64,000 bases of DNA from an uncultured Gemmatimonadales bacterium (GTDB taxonomy: Bacteria > Gemmatimonadota > Gemmatimonadetes > Longimicrobiales > Gaopeijiaceae): contig CAWGKG010000017.1 in the NCBI GenBank assembly GCA_963823035.1, forward strand, positions 1 through 64,000. The letters are read 5' to 3'. This document shows, one piece after another, positions 11,213 to 24,357 of the stretch (the stretch's first letter is position 1; each line of letters begins with the position of its first letter). The position numbers and the translations under genes are program-made. The notes below the pieces were generated by a model, which made no database searches, was not told the DNA's origin, and was given only the letters and a program-made list of their open reading frames with translations.

Positions 11213-13342
11213 ATGAGCCCGACGATGGAGAAGCAGGCCCCCGTCGCCACCCCGGTGACCACGATGCGTCAGCCGACGCTGGCCACGATGGGGCTCGGCA
11301 ACGTCCTCGACATCTTCCGGAGCGGCAGGCTCCCTGCGGACGCGTCGGCGCTCGTGGACGAGGTCTTCGGCCCGCCCGACGCACGCGGATCGATGGTCAT
11401 CTCCGGGGCCAACGGCATCGTCGGCGCGGGGAAGACGATGCAGTTCGCGTCGCGCCTCGCGCCGTACGGCGTGCCGGTGGTCGCCCTCGACTTCCCGGGC
11501 GCGCCGGACGGGATCGGCGGCCAGTACCCCGGGCTGGTGCGCGCCTTCGGGAAGGAGGGCGCCGAACGGATCATGAGCTCGATCGTGCGCCTCACGTACG
11601 ACGGCCGCACGCTCCCGGCCGAGCTCCAGGGCCTGCGCCCCCGCTTCCTGCTCGAGGCGATCCCCGAGATCCTCGAGGTGAAGCGGAAGCACTACGAGAT
11701 CTTCCGGGCCGCCTACCCCGACATCGAGATCCGCTCGGTGACCTCGGGCTTCCCCTCGTCCGAGCTGGGCGTCGGCATCGCGCACCCCGCCTTCCCCCAC
11801 GAGATCAACAAGGTGTGGGAGATCGTGGAGGACGAGCCGTCGGCGATCACCCGGCTCATGTGGGCGCTCGGGATGATCCCCCTCACGGTCGGCGACCGCT
11901 GGTCGTTCGTCCTGGACGTGCTCTTCTGCGGCGTCACGCTCGCCGGGCTGCGCTACCACCGCGCCACGAACATGCCGTTCTGGAAGGTGGACAAGCTCGT
12001 GCGCAAGCTGGTGGGGCCCAACCCCTTCCGGGCGCACGACGCGATCGGTGCCAAGGGCGCGGACTTCCTCACCTGGTCGTGCCTGCACCACCTGGCCGAG
12101 ACGTACGGCGAGCTCTTCACGCCGACGCCCGAGCTGGTCGAGCGGAAGGACACCGGCCAGGAGTGGTATCCGCCCAACCACTTCCGGCCGCTGGTCGACT
12201 GGAAGCTCACGGCCGAGGAGGAGGAGACGTTCCGCGCCTGGATCCTCGGGCCGCTCTACCAGATGACCAGCCTGATGCTGCACGAGGAGCGCGGGCACCT
12301 CTCGCACCTGAACGCCATCGGCGAGCTGTGCGCGCAGTTCCGGCGGGGAATCCTCGCTCTCATGCGCGAGGAGGGCACGGCGGGCGTGACCGCCACGGTC
12401 GACGCCTACCATCGGCTTCACCCCGCCTCCGACGACCCGGCCTCGTGGTTCCCGGACGCGGTACAGGGGATGGACCGCCCGGAGTGGATGCAGCTCTACG
12501 TGAACGCGGAGCACGACGGCCAGGTCGGCGTCGTGACGCTCGGGCGCGAGACGTACGGGTGGGACGTGGACCGCGAGATGAACCGCGCCCTCGACTGGCT
12601 GGTCGCCGCGGGAATCGAGCGCGTGATCGTCACGGGCGACTTCCATATCTCGACGCAGATGATCGGCGCCGACACAAGCGACTTCTTCCCTGCCCTCGAG
12701 GACGTCGACAGCGGCCTGGCGATCACGAACGGGTGGTCGCGCACGGCGCGCCGCCTCGCCGACGACTTCCGCGTGTCGGTGGCGATGATCCCGGGCAAGC
12801 GTTGCCTGGGCGGGATGCTCGAGCTGCTCGCGCATTGCCACTGGACGGTGGCCGTCGAGGATGCGCGCCTCGGTTGGCCGGAGGTCTCGCTTCCGGTCGT
12901 TCCGGGAATGGAGGGGTGCCACTGGCCGCTCCGGCGCGCGCCGGCAGACGCGAGGGGGCGGATCCTCGAGATGCTCCTCACGGGCCGCCCCGTGAAGGCC
13001 GCCGACGCGGTCGGCTGGCTGATCGATGGGGCCGGCCCGATCGAGGACGCCGTCCGCATGGCGTGGAGCCTGGCGAGCGGGGGCGAGCACGGCCTGAGCG
13101 CGCGCCCCATGGAGGAGGGTCCGATCGACGTGTCGGCGGACCTCGGCGCGCTACCCCCCGCGGACGGTCCCGCGATGGAGTCCGCGCGCGCGGCCATCCT
13201 CGAATGCGCGCGTTCGTCCGGAGGGGCCACGCTCGGCGAAGCGCTCGACATCCAGGCCAGGGTCGCAGCCGAGTTCCTCGCGGGACCGATCTGCCGGGCG
13301 GGCGCCGTCGGCGCGGAGTACGTGAAGACGACGAACGTGTAG
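11213..13342 (+). CDS. Bifunctional 3-hydroxyacyl-CoA dehydrogenase (N-terminal) / enoyl-CoA hydratase (C-terminal)
   Basis: Rossmann GANGIVG, EAIPEILEVK, HPAFP; crotonase motifs CLGGMLE and GWPEVSL..PG. Confidence 0.85.
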   Translation: MSPTMEKQAPVATPVTTMRQPTLATMGLGNVLDIFRSGRLPADASALVDEVFGPPDARGSMVISGANGIVGAGKTMQFASRLAPYGVPVVALDFPGAPDGIGGQYPGLVRAFGKEGAERIMSSIVRLTYDGRTLPAELQGLRPRFLLEAIPEILEVKRKHYEIFRAAYPDIEIRSVTSGFPSSELGVGIAHPAFPHEINKVWEIVEDEPSAITRLMWALGMIPLTVGDRWSFVLDVLFCGVTLAGLRYHRATNMPFWKVDKLVRKLVGPNPFRAHDAIGAKGADFLTWSCLHHLAETYGELFTPTPELVERKDTGQEWYPPNHFRPLVDWKLTAEEEETFRAWILGPLYQMTSLMLHEERGHLSHLNAIGELCAQFRRGILALMREEGTAGVTATVDAYHRLHPASDDPASWFPDAVQGMDRPEWMQLYVNAEHDGQVGVVTLGRETYGWDVDREMNRALDWLVAAGIERVIVTGDFHISTQMIGADTSDFFPALEDVDSGLAITNGWSRTARRLADDFRVSVAMIPGKRCLGGMLELLAHCHWTVAVEDARLGWPEVSLPVVPGMEGCHWPLRRAPADARGRILEMLLTGRPVKAADAVGWLIDGAGPIEDAVRMAWSLASGGEHGLSARPMEEGPIDVSADLGALPPADGPAMESARAAILECARSSGGATLGEALDIQARVAAEFLAGPICRAGAVGAEYVKTTNV

Positions 13343-13363
13343 GGAGGGCCGGGCCCGCGTCCC

Positions 13364-14499
13364 TCAGCCCACCATCGCATAGAGCATGCGCATGTCCCAG
13401 TTGGACGGGTCCAGCAGGCGCGTGCCGTGCAGCGTCCAGCTCCTCGTCCAGACACGCGTCGTCGACCGGGCGCACGAGGACGCACGGGAAGCCGTGCATC
13501 GCCTGCTCACGGTCCACGGCCTGGAACCCGAGGGCCATACGAGCGCCCGGCCGACGGACGAGGGAAGGGCCTCGCGCCACGTCGCGACCTCCGGGAACCG
13601 ACCGACACGGATCGCGCTCTCCAGCAGCGCGCGGCACACGTGCTCGTCCCGGCTTCGAGGTCGACGATGTGCACGCGTGCGTTGAGCCCCCGGCGGGCGG
13701 GACCCCACTTGAGCACGAGGAAGCCGGCGAGCGGATCGGCGGCGGCGTAGACGAAGCGATAGCGGTTGAAGGGGTGGCGGAAGCGCCACGCGAGGAACGA
13801 CGCGTCGCGGACGTGTCGAAGCCGCCCGTCGTGGCCGAGCGCCTCGATCAGGGCGGCCATCTCCCCGATGCGCGGTTCGTCGCTCAGCTCGATCCGCACG
13901 TCGTCCCCTCGGGGAGCCGGGCCCAGATGCGCGTCGAAGCGCGCGAAGGGGTCGCGTTCGATGTCGGCGCGGAGGCGAGGCGAGTCCGCGTATCGCCAGA
14001 CGACGGGCATCGACCGCATGCGCTCACGAACCCCGACGCGCACCCGCTGTCCCCGGGAGCGCACGCCGACGGCCTGCAGCGAGCCGGCGCTACGCCAGCC
14101 CATGGCGAGCGACCCGAGGACCGTGACCGGACCGCCGCTCAGGTTCAGGACGTACTGCACCCCCTGACCGCGGAGGTCTTCGAAGGCCGCGTGCATGATC
14201 GCGCTGACGATGCCCTCGTCGCGATGGTCCTCGCGCACGAGGAGGTCGTCGGCCACGAGCGAGGTCGACCTCCCGGGTCGGCCGACCGACCTGCCAGCGG
14301 GACGCGTAGAAGCTGCGCATCCCGACCAGCTCGTCGCCGTCGAAGGCGAGGTACATGCGCGGCGCTGTCGGCCGAAGGGGTTCTCCTCGTGCTTCCACTC
14401 GAGGTAGCGGCGGTTCGCCTCGACATCGGGACTCCAGAGGCCGGTCTGGAGCCGCGCCACCGCGTCCTTGTGCTCCGGACCGTACGGCACGATCCGCAT
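13364..14499 (-). CDS. GNAT-family acyltransferase, multiple frameshifts, possibly fused to the upstream ACP
   Basis: YLEWKHEENPF, MYLAFDGDELVG, DDLLVREDHRDEG, VRDASFLAWRF..P...Y; pieces in ORFs 13507, 14090 and 13364. Confidence 0.7.
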
Positions 14500-14791
14500 T
14501 CGCCGCACGGACGGTCCCGCGTGGGCCGGCCCGGGCGGCGCCGTTGTCGTCCTCGGCCTCGCCTTCGATGTAGTCGAGGATCCGGCGTACCGAGTCCCAG
14601 GTCCGGACGACGTCCATCTGCGTGGGATCGATCGGGCGGCCGGTCTTCTCCTCGATCCAGAGCACGAGGTTGAAGAGCGCCAGCGAATCCAGGGTTCCGG
14701 ACGACAGCAGCGGCGTGTCGTCGTCGAACCCCTCCGGCAGGAGAACCTCGCTGCTCGCGAGGAACGCCAGGAGCTCGGCGCGGAGGTCCAT
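14500..14791 (-). CDS. Acyl carrier protein (domain)
   Basis: DDDTPLLSSGTLDSLALFNLVLWIEE with phosphopantetheine Ser; ATG overlaps the ligase TGA; no nearby stop codon. Confidence 0.85.
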
Positions 14792-16298
14792 CAACCGTTG
14801 CGGATCCCGCCGAAATCGACAGCCTTCAGCCCCGCGCAGTGGAGCGCGACGTTGGCGCGGTTGACCTTCCCGCGCGAGGTGCGGGGGATCTCGTCCAGCA
14901 GGTACCAGCGCTTGGGGAGCTGGTGCGACGCCAGGTGCTCGCGGCCCAGGCGCGCAGCGCGAGCAGGGTCTCGTCGGACGCCCCGGACAGGACCACGGCG
15001 ATGCCGACGTCCTCGCCGAGCAACGCGTCCGACAAGGCGAAGGTGCAGACGTCCAGCGTGCTCGGGAAGCGCTCCACCACCGCGTCGACGTCGCCCGGAT
15101 ACACCTTCATCCCCGCCTTGTTGATCTCCTCGCGCTCGCGGCCGCGGAGGTACAGCCGGCCACGCTCGTCCATCACCCCGATGTCACCGGTGCAGAACCA
15201 CCGTCGGTGACCACGGCGTCCGTGAGGTCGTCCCGGTCCAGGTAGCCCCTCATCAGCGCCGGCGTCCTGATCCACACGAGTCCGTTCTCCCCGGGTGCGC
15301 ACGGGTCGGTCCAGGTCGGTGACACGGCGGGGTCCGCGCTCGTCAGGACGCGAAGCGTGCCGCCCCAGGCGACGCCGACCAGCCCGTCCTCGGGCTCCTC
15401 GAAGTCGTCGGGCGTCCCGGCGAGCCAGCTGCCCGTCTCGGTGATGCCGTATGCGTTCTTCACGTCGCGCGTGCCCGCCCAATCCTGGACCGACCGCCAC
15501 AGGCCCGCCGACAGCGGCGCGGAGCCGCAGTGCACGCGGACGAGGGAGCCCTTCGTCGGAGGGCTCGCCGTCTTGATCGCGAGGCGCCAGACCGTCGGGA
15601 CCGACGACAGGAACGTGATCTCGTGCGCGTCGATCAGCTCGCCGAGCTGGACGAGCAGATCCGCCCGGAAGGGCGGGAGCACATGAAGGTCCTGCCCCCC
15701 GAGCCAGGGAAAGAGGCAGTTGCAGATCAGGCCGTGCCCGAAGTGGGTGGGCAGGAGGCAAAGCGTGCGGCGGTAGGGCGCCACGCCGAGGGCGGAGGCC
15801 AGGCTCGTCCACCGGGCGTGCAGTGAGCGATGGGTGTGCACCACCCCCTTGGGGTTCCCCGTGGTGCCCGACGTGAACAGGATCAGAGCCTCGTCGTCGA
15901 GGCGCCATCGGGATCGCGGCAGCCGACCCTCCTGCGGTGCCCGGTCGTCGGGCATCCCCAACACCCGGGTACCGAGGTCGAGGAGCTCCCGCTCGAGCGA
16001 CGCCCCCGGCGGCTCCCGCCACACCGAGAAGGCCGGACGGGCGCTTCGGACGAGCGTCGCGACCTCGAACGGCGTCAGGCGCGCATCGACCGGTACGGCA
16101 CACCCGCCCAGATGCCAGATCGCCAGGAGGTCGACGAAGAACTCGAGGTTGTTGCCGTAGTGGAGGAAGACGCGCTGGCCCACCCGGAGACCCGACTGCT
16201 CGTACGAGGCGATGCGGCCGCCGATGCGCGCAAGAACCTCGTCGGGAGACCAGGAGCGTCCGGAGAGTGGCTCGCTCAAACGGCCTACGTGCGAGCAT
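14791..16298 (-). CDS. AMP-dependent acyl-CoA/ACP ligase (class I adenylate-forming), frameshifted
   Basis: LFTSGTTGNPKGV, YGITET, WFCTGDIG, GREREEINKAGMKVYP; frameshifts near 16285, 15205 and 14950. Confidence 0.88.
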
Positions 16299-16432
16299 GG
16301 GCGCGGACCGCCTCGGGGGGGAATCGTGGAGTCACACGGGTGACGGCCGAGCCGGCCTTGGGGGGTCGATTCCGCGGCGCGTCCCCGGAGGGTGGAAGGC
16401 CCGCCGTCCGCAGATCGAAGGTACCCGGCGCG

Positions 16433-18132
<1,700 letters not shown>

Positions 18133-18159
18133 AGGCGTAGCGAACGGGCACGACGCGGG

Positions 18160-18567
18160 TCACGGCCCGACGTGCACCACGCAGCGGCGGCGATGCGGTG
18201 TCCGCCGGTGCTCCCAGAGGTAGATCCCCTGCCAGGTCCCGAGCGCGAGTGCGCCGCCGACGATCGGGATGGAAAGCGTCGTCGACGTGAGCGCGGCACG
18301 GATGTGGGACGGCATGTCGTCCGGCCCTTCGGCCGTGTGCGTGAAGTGCGGATCGTTCTCCGGCACCAGCCGGCCCAGCCACGCCTCCAGGTCGTGGCGG
18401 GCCGACGGGTCCGCGTTCTCCTGGATCGTCAGGCTGGCGGAGGTATGCTGGACCATGACCGTGCACAGCCCCTCGTCGATCCCCGACGCCGCGACCACGC
18501 GCGCCACCCGGTCCGTGATCGGGTGGAGCCCCTGCCGTCTCGTCTCGATCTCGATGCGCTCGACCAC
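18160..18567 (-). CDS. yjbQ: YjbQ/UPF0047 family protein
   Basis: HTSASLTIQENADP, HTAEGPDDMPSHI, LGTWQGIYLWEHR. Confidence 0.9.
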   Translation of the reverse strand: MVERIEIETRRQGLHPITDRVARVVAASGIDEGLCTVMVQHTSASLTIQENADPSARHDLEAWLGRLVPENDPHFTHTAEGPDDMPSHIRAALTSTTLSIPIVGGALALGTWQGIYLWEHRRTPHRRRCVVHVGP

Positions 18568-18574
18568 GCCCTCC

Positions 18575-19240
18575 CTAGCTTCCCTGAGCCACGGCGTGCA
18601 CCGCGAACATCGCGCCCTGCGGATCCATGCATTGGGCGACCATGTCCCCACCGGGCACTTCCATGGGGCCGTTGACGAGTTGCCCGCCGCCCTCCTTCAC
18701 CCGCTCGACCGCGGCCACCACGTCCGGCACGCGGACATACACGAGCCAGTTCGGCACCGGGATGTGGGGCGGGCGGGCGAACATCCCACCGAGCGGATGC
18801 GCTCCCCGTCCGAACATCTGGTAGGTGCCCATCTCGCCCATGTCCATCGAGTCGGTCTTCACCCAGTCGAACAGGTCGGAGTAGAACGACCACGCGGCCT
18901 CCCACCCGTCCGTCGCCAGCTCGTGCCACGAGGCGTCGCCCAGGGGCGCCGGCGCGTCACTGCCCGGTGCGTCACCGGCAGGCTCGAAGACCGCGAAGTG
19001 GGCGCCCTGGGGATCGGCGAGGCCGGCCATCCGGCCCACCTCCGGAGTGTCCATCGGCCCCCACACCAGGCTCCCGCCCAACTCCTTCGCGCGCGCGAGG
19101 GTCGCATCCAGATCCGGCGTGCTCACATACGAGATCCAATGCGTGGGCGCGCCTGCCTCCTTCGCCGGCGGTGGCAGCTCCATCACGCCCCCCACGGGTC
19201 CCTCGGCCGTGGTCCACATGGTATAGGGCTGATCGTCCAC
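18575..19240 (-). CDS. VOC/glyoxalase family protein (two-domain), N-terminus apparently missing
   Basis: PYTMW, HWISYV, GPMDTPEVGRMAGLADPQGA, WHELAT, NGPMEVPGG..DPQGA; upstream in-frame residues do not look homologous. Confidence 0.8.
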   Translation of the reverse strand: MDDQPYTMWTTAEGPVGGVMELPPPAKEAGAPTHWISYVSTPDLDATLARAKELGGSLVWGPMDTPEVGRMAGLADPQGAHFAVFEPAGDAPGSDAPAPLGDASWHELATDGWEAAWSFYSDLFDWVKTDSMDMGEMGTYQMFGRGAHPLGGMFARPPHIPVPNWLVYVRVPDVVAAVERVKEGGGQLVNGPMEVPGGDMVAQCMDPQGAMFAVHAVAQGS

Positions 19241-19414
19241 CCTCGGCCATCCAGGCGCAGGGCTTCGGGAGCCTGGCCGTGGCGCTCTTCCCGTTCTCCC
19301 ACGCGGGGTTTTCCGTCTACGGCCCGGAACCTGCAAGCAGGGCATGTGGCCGGCCCGCGGGCACAGGGCCCGGGGCGGACCGTACGCAGAGACTCGAGGA
19401 CGAGGGAGGAGAAG

Positions 19415-20023
19415 ATGACGAGGACCAGAGGGCCGGCCCTGGCCGCCGCAGCGCTCGCCGCCGCACTGGCGACAGCCCCGGCCCAGGCCCAGGTCGGCAT
19501 CAAGGGTGGTGTGTCACATGGCAACATCTCGAACAGCGGCGTGCTCCCCGGCGACCTGGGTGCACGTACGGGCTACGTGATCGGGCTCTCCGTCGCATCC
19601 AGACCGACCACCCTGATCGGCTTCGGGGTGGAAGGCCTCTACGCACAGCGCGGCGCCCATTCGGCGAACAACACCAGCTCGTTCGAGCTCGACTACGTCG
19701 ACGTCCCGATCTATCTGCGCGCGATGATCCCGACGCGGGGCCTTCAGCCCTTCGCGTACGCGGGTCCCCAGGTGTCGTTCGAGGTCCGGTGCCGGACCGG
19801 GTCGGGCGACTGCCCCGGGACCGACCGGCCCTCCGTCACGTACGCGGGCGTGATCGGCGCCGGGGTCCGTCTGGGACAGGAGAGCGGCGTGTCGCTGGAG
19901 GGCCGCTACGTCTACGGCCTCCGGGACCTGCACCTCGACACGATCACCAACGACCAGAGCTACCAGAGCCGCTCGTTCCAGATCCTCGTCGGCTACACCT
20001 GGTACGGCCGCGGCGGCCGCTGA
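19415..20023 (+). CDS. Outer-membrane beta-barrel (PorT/porin-like) protein
   Basis: RBS GGAGGAG; signal peptide; GIKGGV, EGLYAQRG, LDYVDVP, EGRYVYGL; alternating beta-strands. Confidence 0.85.
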   Translation: MTRTRGPALAAAALAAALATAPAQAQVGIKGGVSHGNISNSGVLPGDLGARTGYVIGLSVASRPTTLIGFGVEGLYAQRGAHSANNTSSFELDYVDVPIYLRAMIPTRGLQPFAYAGPQVSFEVRCRTGSGDCPGTDRPSVTYAGVIGAGVRLGQESGVSLEGRYVYGLRDLHLDTITNDQSYQSRSFQILVGYTWYGRGGR

Positions 20024-20034
20024 CCCCGCGCTTC

Positions 20035-20064
20035 GGTCCCGGGGGCGGTGACGCCCCCGGGGCC
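20035..20064. terminator. GC-rich hairpin between convergent genes
   Basis: GGTCCCGGGGGCG-GTGA-CGCCCCCGGGGCC. Confidence 0.5.
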
Positions 20065-20076
20065 GCCCTGATCGCC

Positions 20077-21342
20077 TCAGCCGACGTTCGGGTTGTTGCG
20101 CACCTCGACGTCCGGGATCGGGAAGCACCGGTCGGAGCCGTAGAGGCCACCCTTGCGGTAGCTGGTCCCGGGCGCCGGAACGAGCGGCAGCTCGAGCCGG
20201 CGGATGTCGTGGAAGCGATGGCCCTGCAGCCAGAGCTCCCGGTTGCGCTCCTCGATCACCTGCGCCTGGATCTCCGACGCGGAGCCTCCCGTGAAGGCGT
20301 CCAGCCCTACGGCCGCGTGCAGGTCGTTGATGATGTCCACCGCGGTCTGCCCGCCCTGCACCTCGGCCACGATCAGCCGGGCCTCGACGCCCGTCGCGAT
20401 CGGTAGCGGATCGTTCAGCGACCCATACTTGCGCTGGAAGTACAGATCCGTGCCGTCCGTGCTGACCCGGATGAAGCCGGAGACCGACACGCGCGGATCG
20501 GGTTGTCCGTTGAACGTCATGTTCCGGTACTCTTCGCCGACGGAGAGGGCGGTTCCACCCGTCGAGCCCTCACCGTTCTGCGCGTAGATCCGGTTCGCCC
20601 GACGGGAGAAGTCGCCCGACGCGGACGCTTCCCACAGGAAGTCGGCCGGGACGGCCTGCGCGTCCGCCAACGCGCTGCTGTTCTGGCCCAGGTCCAGATA
20701 GGCCCGGGCCCGTCCGACCCGCGCGAAGGCGAGCACGTCGTTCGCGCCCGCGGATTGCGCCGCCGTGATGGCGTCGTCGAAGCGTGCGATCGCCCGCTGC
20801 AGCACGTCGTCGGACGACAGCTCCGCGGAGAGATCGATCGATATGCTGCAGAACGCTTCGGCGAGAAGCAGGTGTGCGTACCCGGAGTATGCAGCGGAGA
20901 GTGCGATCAGACGGGTCCTGCCCTCCACTTCCTGGTCGGTCCACGCCTGGAGCTTCTCCAGGATGAAGTCGGCCGACCAGCGCGCGGTCGACAGGGGCGT
21001 ATAGATCCCGAGACCCTCGCACGAGGACGTTCCGTACAGGGCGTCCTTGGGATTCACGTTGCGTCGATCGTACGGCCAGCGCGACGCGGTCTGGGTGGCG
21101 TCGAGCATCTCGTGCGCCATGACCGCGGTGAGCGCGACGTACGCACCGTACGCGCACTCGAAGTCGCCGATCGCTCCGTTGACCAGGAGCTCCGCGTTGG
21201 ACGGGTCGGCGAGGTTCTCGGCCGGGATGAGGTCCGGCGGCTCGACGGTCAGCAGGTCGCCGCAGCCCGTCGGGAAGAGCATCAGGCCCGCGAGGGCCAG
21301 AGAGCCGATGGTGAGTCGGGCTCGGTTGGTCTGGATAGACAT
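20077..21342 (-). CDS. RagB/SusD family outer-membrane lipoprotein
   Basis: Lipobox PTGC; EERNRELWLQGHRFHDIRR; CFPIPDVEVRNNPN. Confidence 0.92.
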   Translation of the reverse strand: MSIQTNRARLTIGSLALAGLMLFPTGCGDLLTVEPPDLIPAENLADPSNAELLVNGAIGDFECAYGAYVALTAVMAHEMLDATQTASRWPYDRRNVNPKDALYGTSSCEGLGIYTPLSTARWSADFILEKLQAWTDQEVEGRTRLIALSAAYSGYAHLLLAEAFCSISIDLSAELSSDDVLQRAIARFDDAITAAQSAGANDVLAFARVGRARAYLDLGQNSSALADAQAVPADFLWEASASGDFSRRANRIYAQNGEGSTGGTALSVGEEYRNMTFNGQPDPRVSVSGFIRVSTDGTDLYFQRKYGSLNDPLPIATGVEARLIVAEVQGGQTAVDIINDLHAAVGLDAFTGGSASEIQAQVIEERNRELWLQGHRFHDIRRLELPLVPAPGTSYRKGGLYGSDRCFPIPDVEVRNNPNVG

Positions 21343-21352
21343 GTCGCCCTCC

Positions 21353-24300
21353 TCAGAAGCTGACGTTGAAGGTGACGACGAACTGCGCGAGCTGCGGGAG
21401 CACGTTCTGCTCCCAGAGCGAGAAGTTCCCGCCGCGCGAGCCGCCGTTGAAGGACGACTCGGGCTCGAGGCCCATGAACTTCGTCCAGGTGTGGAGGTTG
21501 CGCGCCGCCACGGTCACGGTTCCGCGGGACGCCCCGTAACGGGTGACCCAGGAGGAAGGCACCGAGTACGTCAGCGACACCTCGCGGAGCTTGAGGAAGT
21601 CCGCCTGGTCGATCATCACGCCGCCGTAGGTGCCGGCCGCCTGGATCTCCGCGATACTCGTAGCGTCGAATTCGCTCGGGAACCAGTTCTCCCGGCACTC
21701 GGAGAAGAAGAGACAGCGGACGCGGTAGTTGCCGTCGAGCTTCGAGAAGCCCGTCTTGAAGTCGAGCTGCGTTCCGAGGCGGAGGTTGTCGAACAGCGTC
21801 AGCGTCGCGTTGAAGCCGCCCTCGACCGAGGGCATCGTCCGCCCCAGATAGACCTCCGGCGCGCCGTCGCACGACATGCTCCCGCCCGCACCGTCGTCGC
21901 ACAACATGTTGGTTGCGATACCGTTGGCGTCGAGTTGAGCGCTGACGACGCGCTGGCTGAACCACGACCCGATCGGATAGCCGATCTGGTGGCGCAGGTA
22001 CGTGCCGGCGCTGATGAAGTTCTCGTCCGTCACGTCGCCGAGGCTGAGCACCTCGTTGTGGTTGGTGCTCAGGTTGACGCTGAGGTCGAGCGAGTGGTGC
22101 TCACTCTGCCACGGCATCCCGCGCACGAGTACCTCGATGCCGCTGTTCGCGATCTCGCCGGCGTTCACCCACTGCGAGCCGGAGAAACCCGTGGAGGGCG
22201 CGATCTCGCGCAGGAGGATCGCGTCCTTCGTCTTCTGGCTGTAGTACGTGAAGTCCACGCCCATGCGCCCGTCGAGCAGGTCCGCCTCGAACCCCAGCTC
22301 GACCTCGGTGCCGCGCTCCGGTCCGAGGTCGGGGTTGCCGAGGTTGTCGGGCGTGACCGTGCCGACGTTGTCGGGGCCCGGCACGGGACGCAACGTCCGG
22401 ATCGCCACGAAGGCGTCCGGTTGCTGGCCGGACTCACCGTAGGCCCCACGCAGCTTCAACGTGTTGACGAAGCCGAAGTTCCAGAACGGCTCCTCGCTCA
22501 TCACCCAGGCCACGCTCACCTTCGGATAGGTCACGAAGTTGTAGTCGACCCCGAAGGCGCTGTTGTCGTCGCCGCGGACCGCGCCGGTCAGGAACAGGCG
22601 GTTCTTCCAGGCGAGCTGCTCCTGGACGTAGAGGCCGACGGTGGTGTTCTCCACGGAGGTCTCGTCGGCCGCGCGGTTCTGCGTCGTCGCGCGGATGCTG
22701 GTGAGCCCCGGCGTCGGGAACGCCTCACCGTACGCGTACACGAGCTGGTCGAACTTCCGGTAGAACTGCCCACCCACCGACGTCGACGACTGGATGTCGC
22801 TCGTCACGGGAAGCTCGGCGGTGGCGGCGTAGTCGACGGTCGCGTAGTCGACCGAGCGCTCCTGCGTCTCGCGGTAGCCTCGGTCCGAGAAGGAGAAGAA
22901 GTAGAGCCACTCCTCGTCGTGGTACTGGATCTCGTTGTTCTGTTCACGGGTGTAGTCCCACCCCGCGGTGAAGCGGTGGGAGAGCCACGACGTCGGGTGG
23001 TGGTTGATCGTGATGCCGGCCGTGGTGCGGTCGACGCTCTGCCACGAGTCGAACGCCCCCGTATAGGCTTCCGGCGTGCCGCTGTAGAAGCCGCGCCGCG
23101 GCGTGTCCAGTCGGTCGGGGCGAGCGAAGTACGTCGACCACGTGGCTCCGCCGCCTCCCGCCTCGAGCGAGAGGTTCGTCTTTCCCGAGATGTAGCCCAG
23201 ATTGCCTCGAATATCCCACTTCTCGTTGGGCGTGACGGTCACGTTCGTGCGAATGCCCCACTTGCGAACGCTGTTGTCGAACTCGACGCCCTGTGAGTTC
23301 TCGAAGTTCCCGGACACGTAGTAGCGCACGAGATCCACGCCGCCGGACATGCTCAGGTCGTACTGCTGCAGCACGCCGGTTCGCCAGATCTTGCGTCCCG
23401 CGGCGTTCTCCTGGTCGACGATGTCGATGGACTCGACCGAGCCGTTTCCTCCGACGTCGTAGTAGTTCGTCCACAGGCGGCCTTGCGGGTTCGAGAACCA
23501 GCTCGCTCCCTCCCGCACGGAGAGGTCGAACCGGGGCGCACCGGACCTCCCGCGCTTGGTGATGATCTGCACGACGCCGTTCGACGCCTCCGTGCCGTAC
23601 AGCGTCGCCGCGGCCGGCCCCTTGATGATCTCGACGCTCTCGATGTCCTCGAGGTTGAGGTCGTTCCAGCGCGAGATGCTGCGGGAGCCGAACGCCTGGT
23701 TGACCGGGCCGGTCGCCTGCTCGTTGTTGACGCGGACCCCGTCGATGTAGATGAGCGGCTCGTTGGAGAGCGAGAAGCTGCTGGCGCCCCGGATGCGCAC
23801 GCGGCTGCCGCCGCCGAGCATGCCGGTGGTGTTGATGATCGCGACCCCCGGGGCGCGACCATTCAACAGCTGTCCGAGGTTGGAGATGGGCGCGACGTCC
23901 ACGACCGCGGCCGCATCGACGGTGGCCACCGTGGTGCCCAGCGCGCGCTTGGTCTGCGCGCCGGGCGTGCCGGTGACGATGATGCGGTCGAGCTCGATGG
24001 CGGACGGCCTGAGCTCGAAGCGCAGATCCGTCCGGCCGAGCGCGGCCGTGACCGTCGTGGTGGCGTACCCGATCAACGAGAGTGAGAGCTGCACCTCCGG
24101 GCCCTGTAGGTTGCCCAGGGTGAACCGCCCCAGTTCGTTCGTGAACACGCCACGGCCGGTGCCGACCACCTGGACGGACACATCCGGCAGAGGCTGTCGT
24201 GTCTCGGCGGAGACGACCGTCCCCGCGATCGAACCCTGCTGGGCCGCCACCGTGAACGGTGTCCCGGCCAGGACCGCCGCCCCACGATCAGGGCGACGGC

Positions 24301-24357
24301 GACGCCACAGCGCGGCACCCGTAGGGGTGCGCGCCCAGCGTACGATTCAGTTGTCAT
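21353..24357 (-). CDS. SusC/RagA family TonB-dependent receptor (frameshift in the signal region near 24280)
   Basis: Carboxypeptidase-regulatory-like N-domain; plug IRIRG...PLIYIDGV, DIESVEIIKGPAAATLYGTEASNGVVQIITKRG; C-terminal Phe. Confidence 0.93.
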
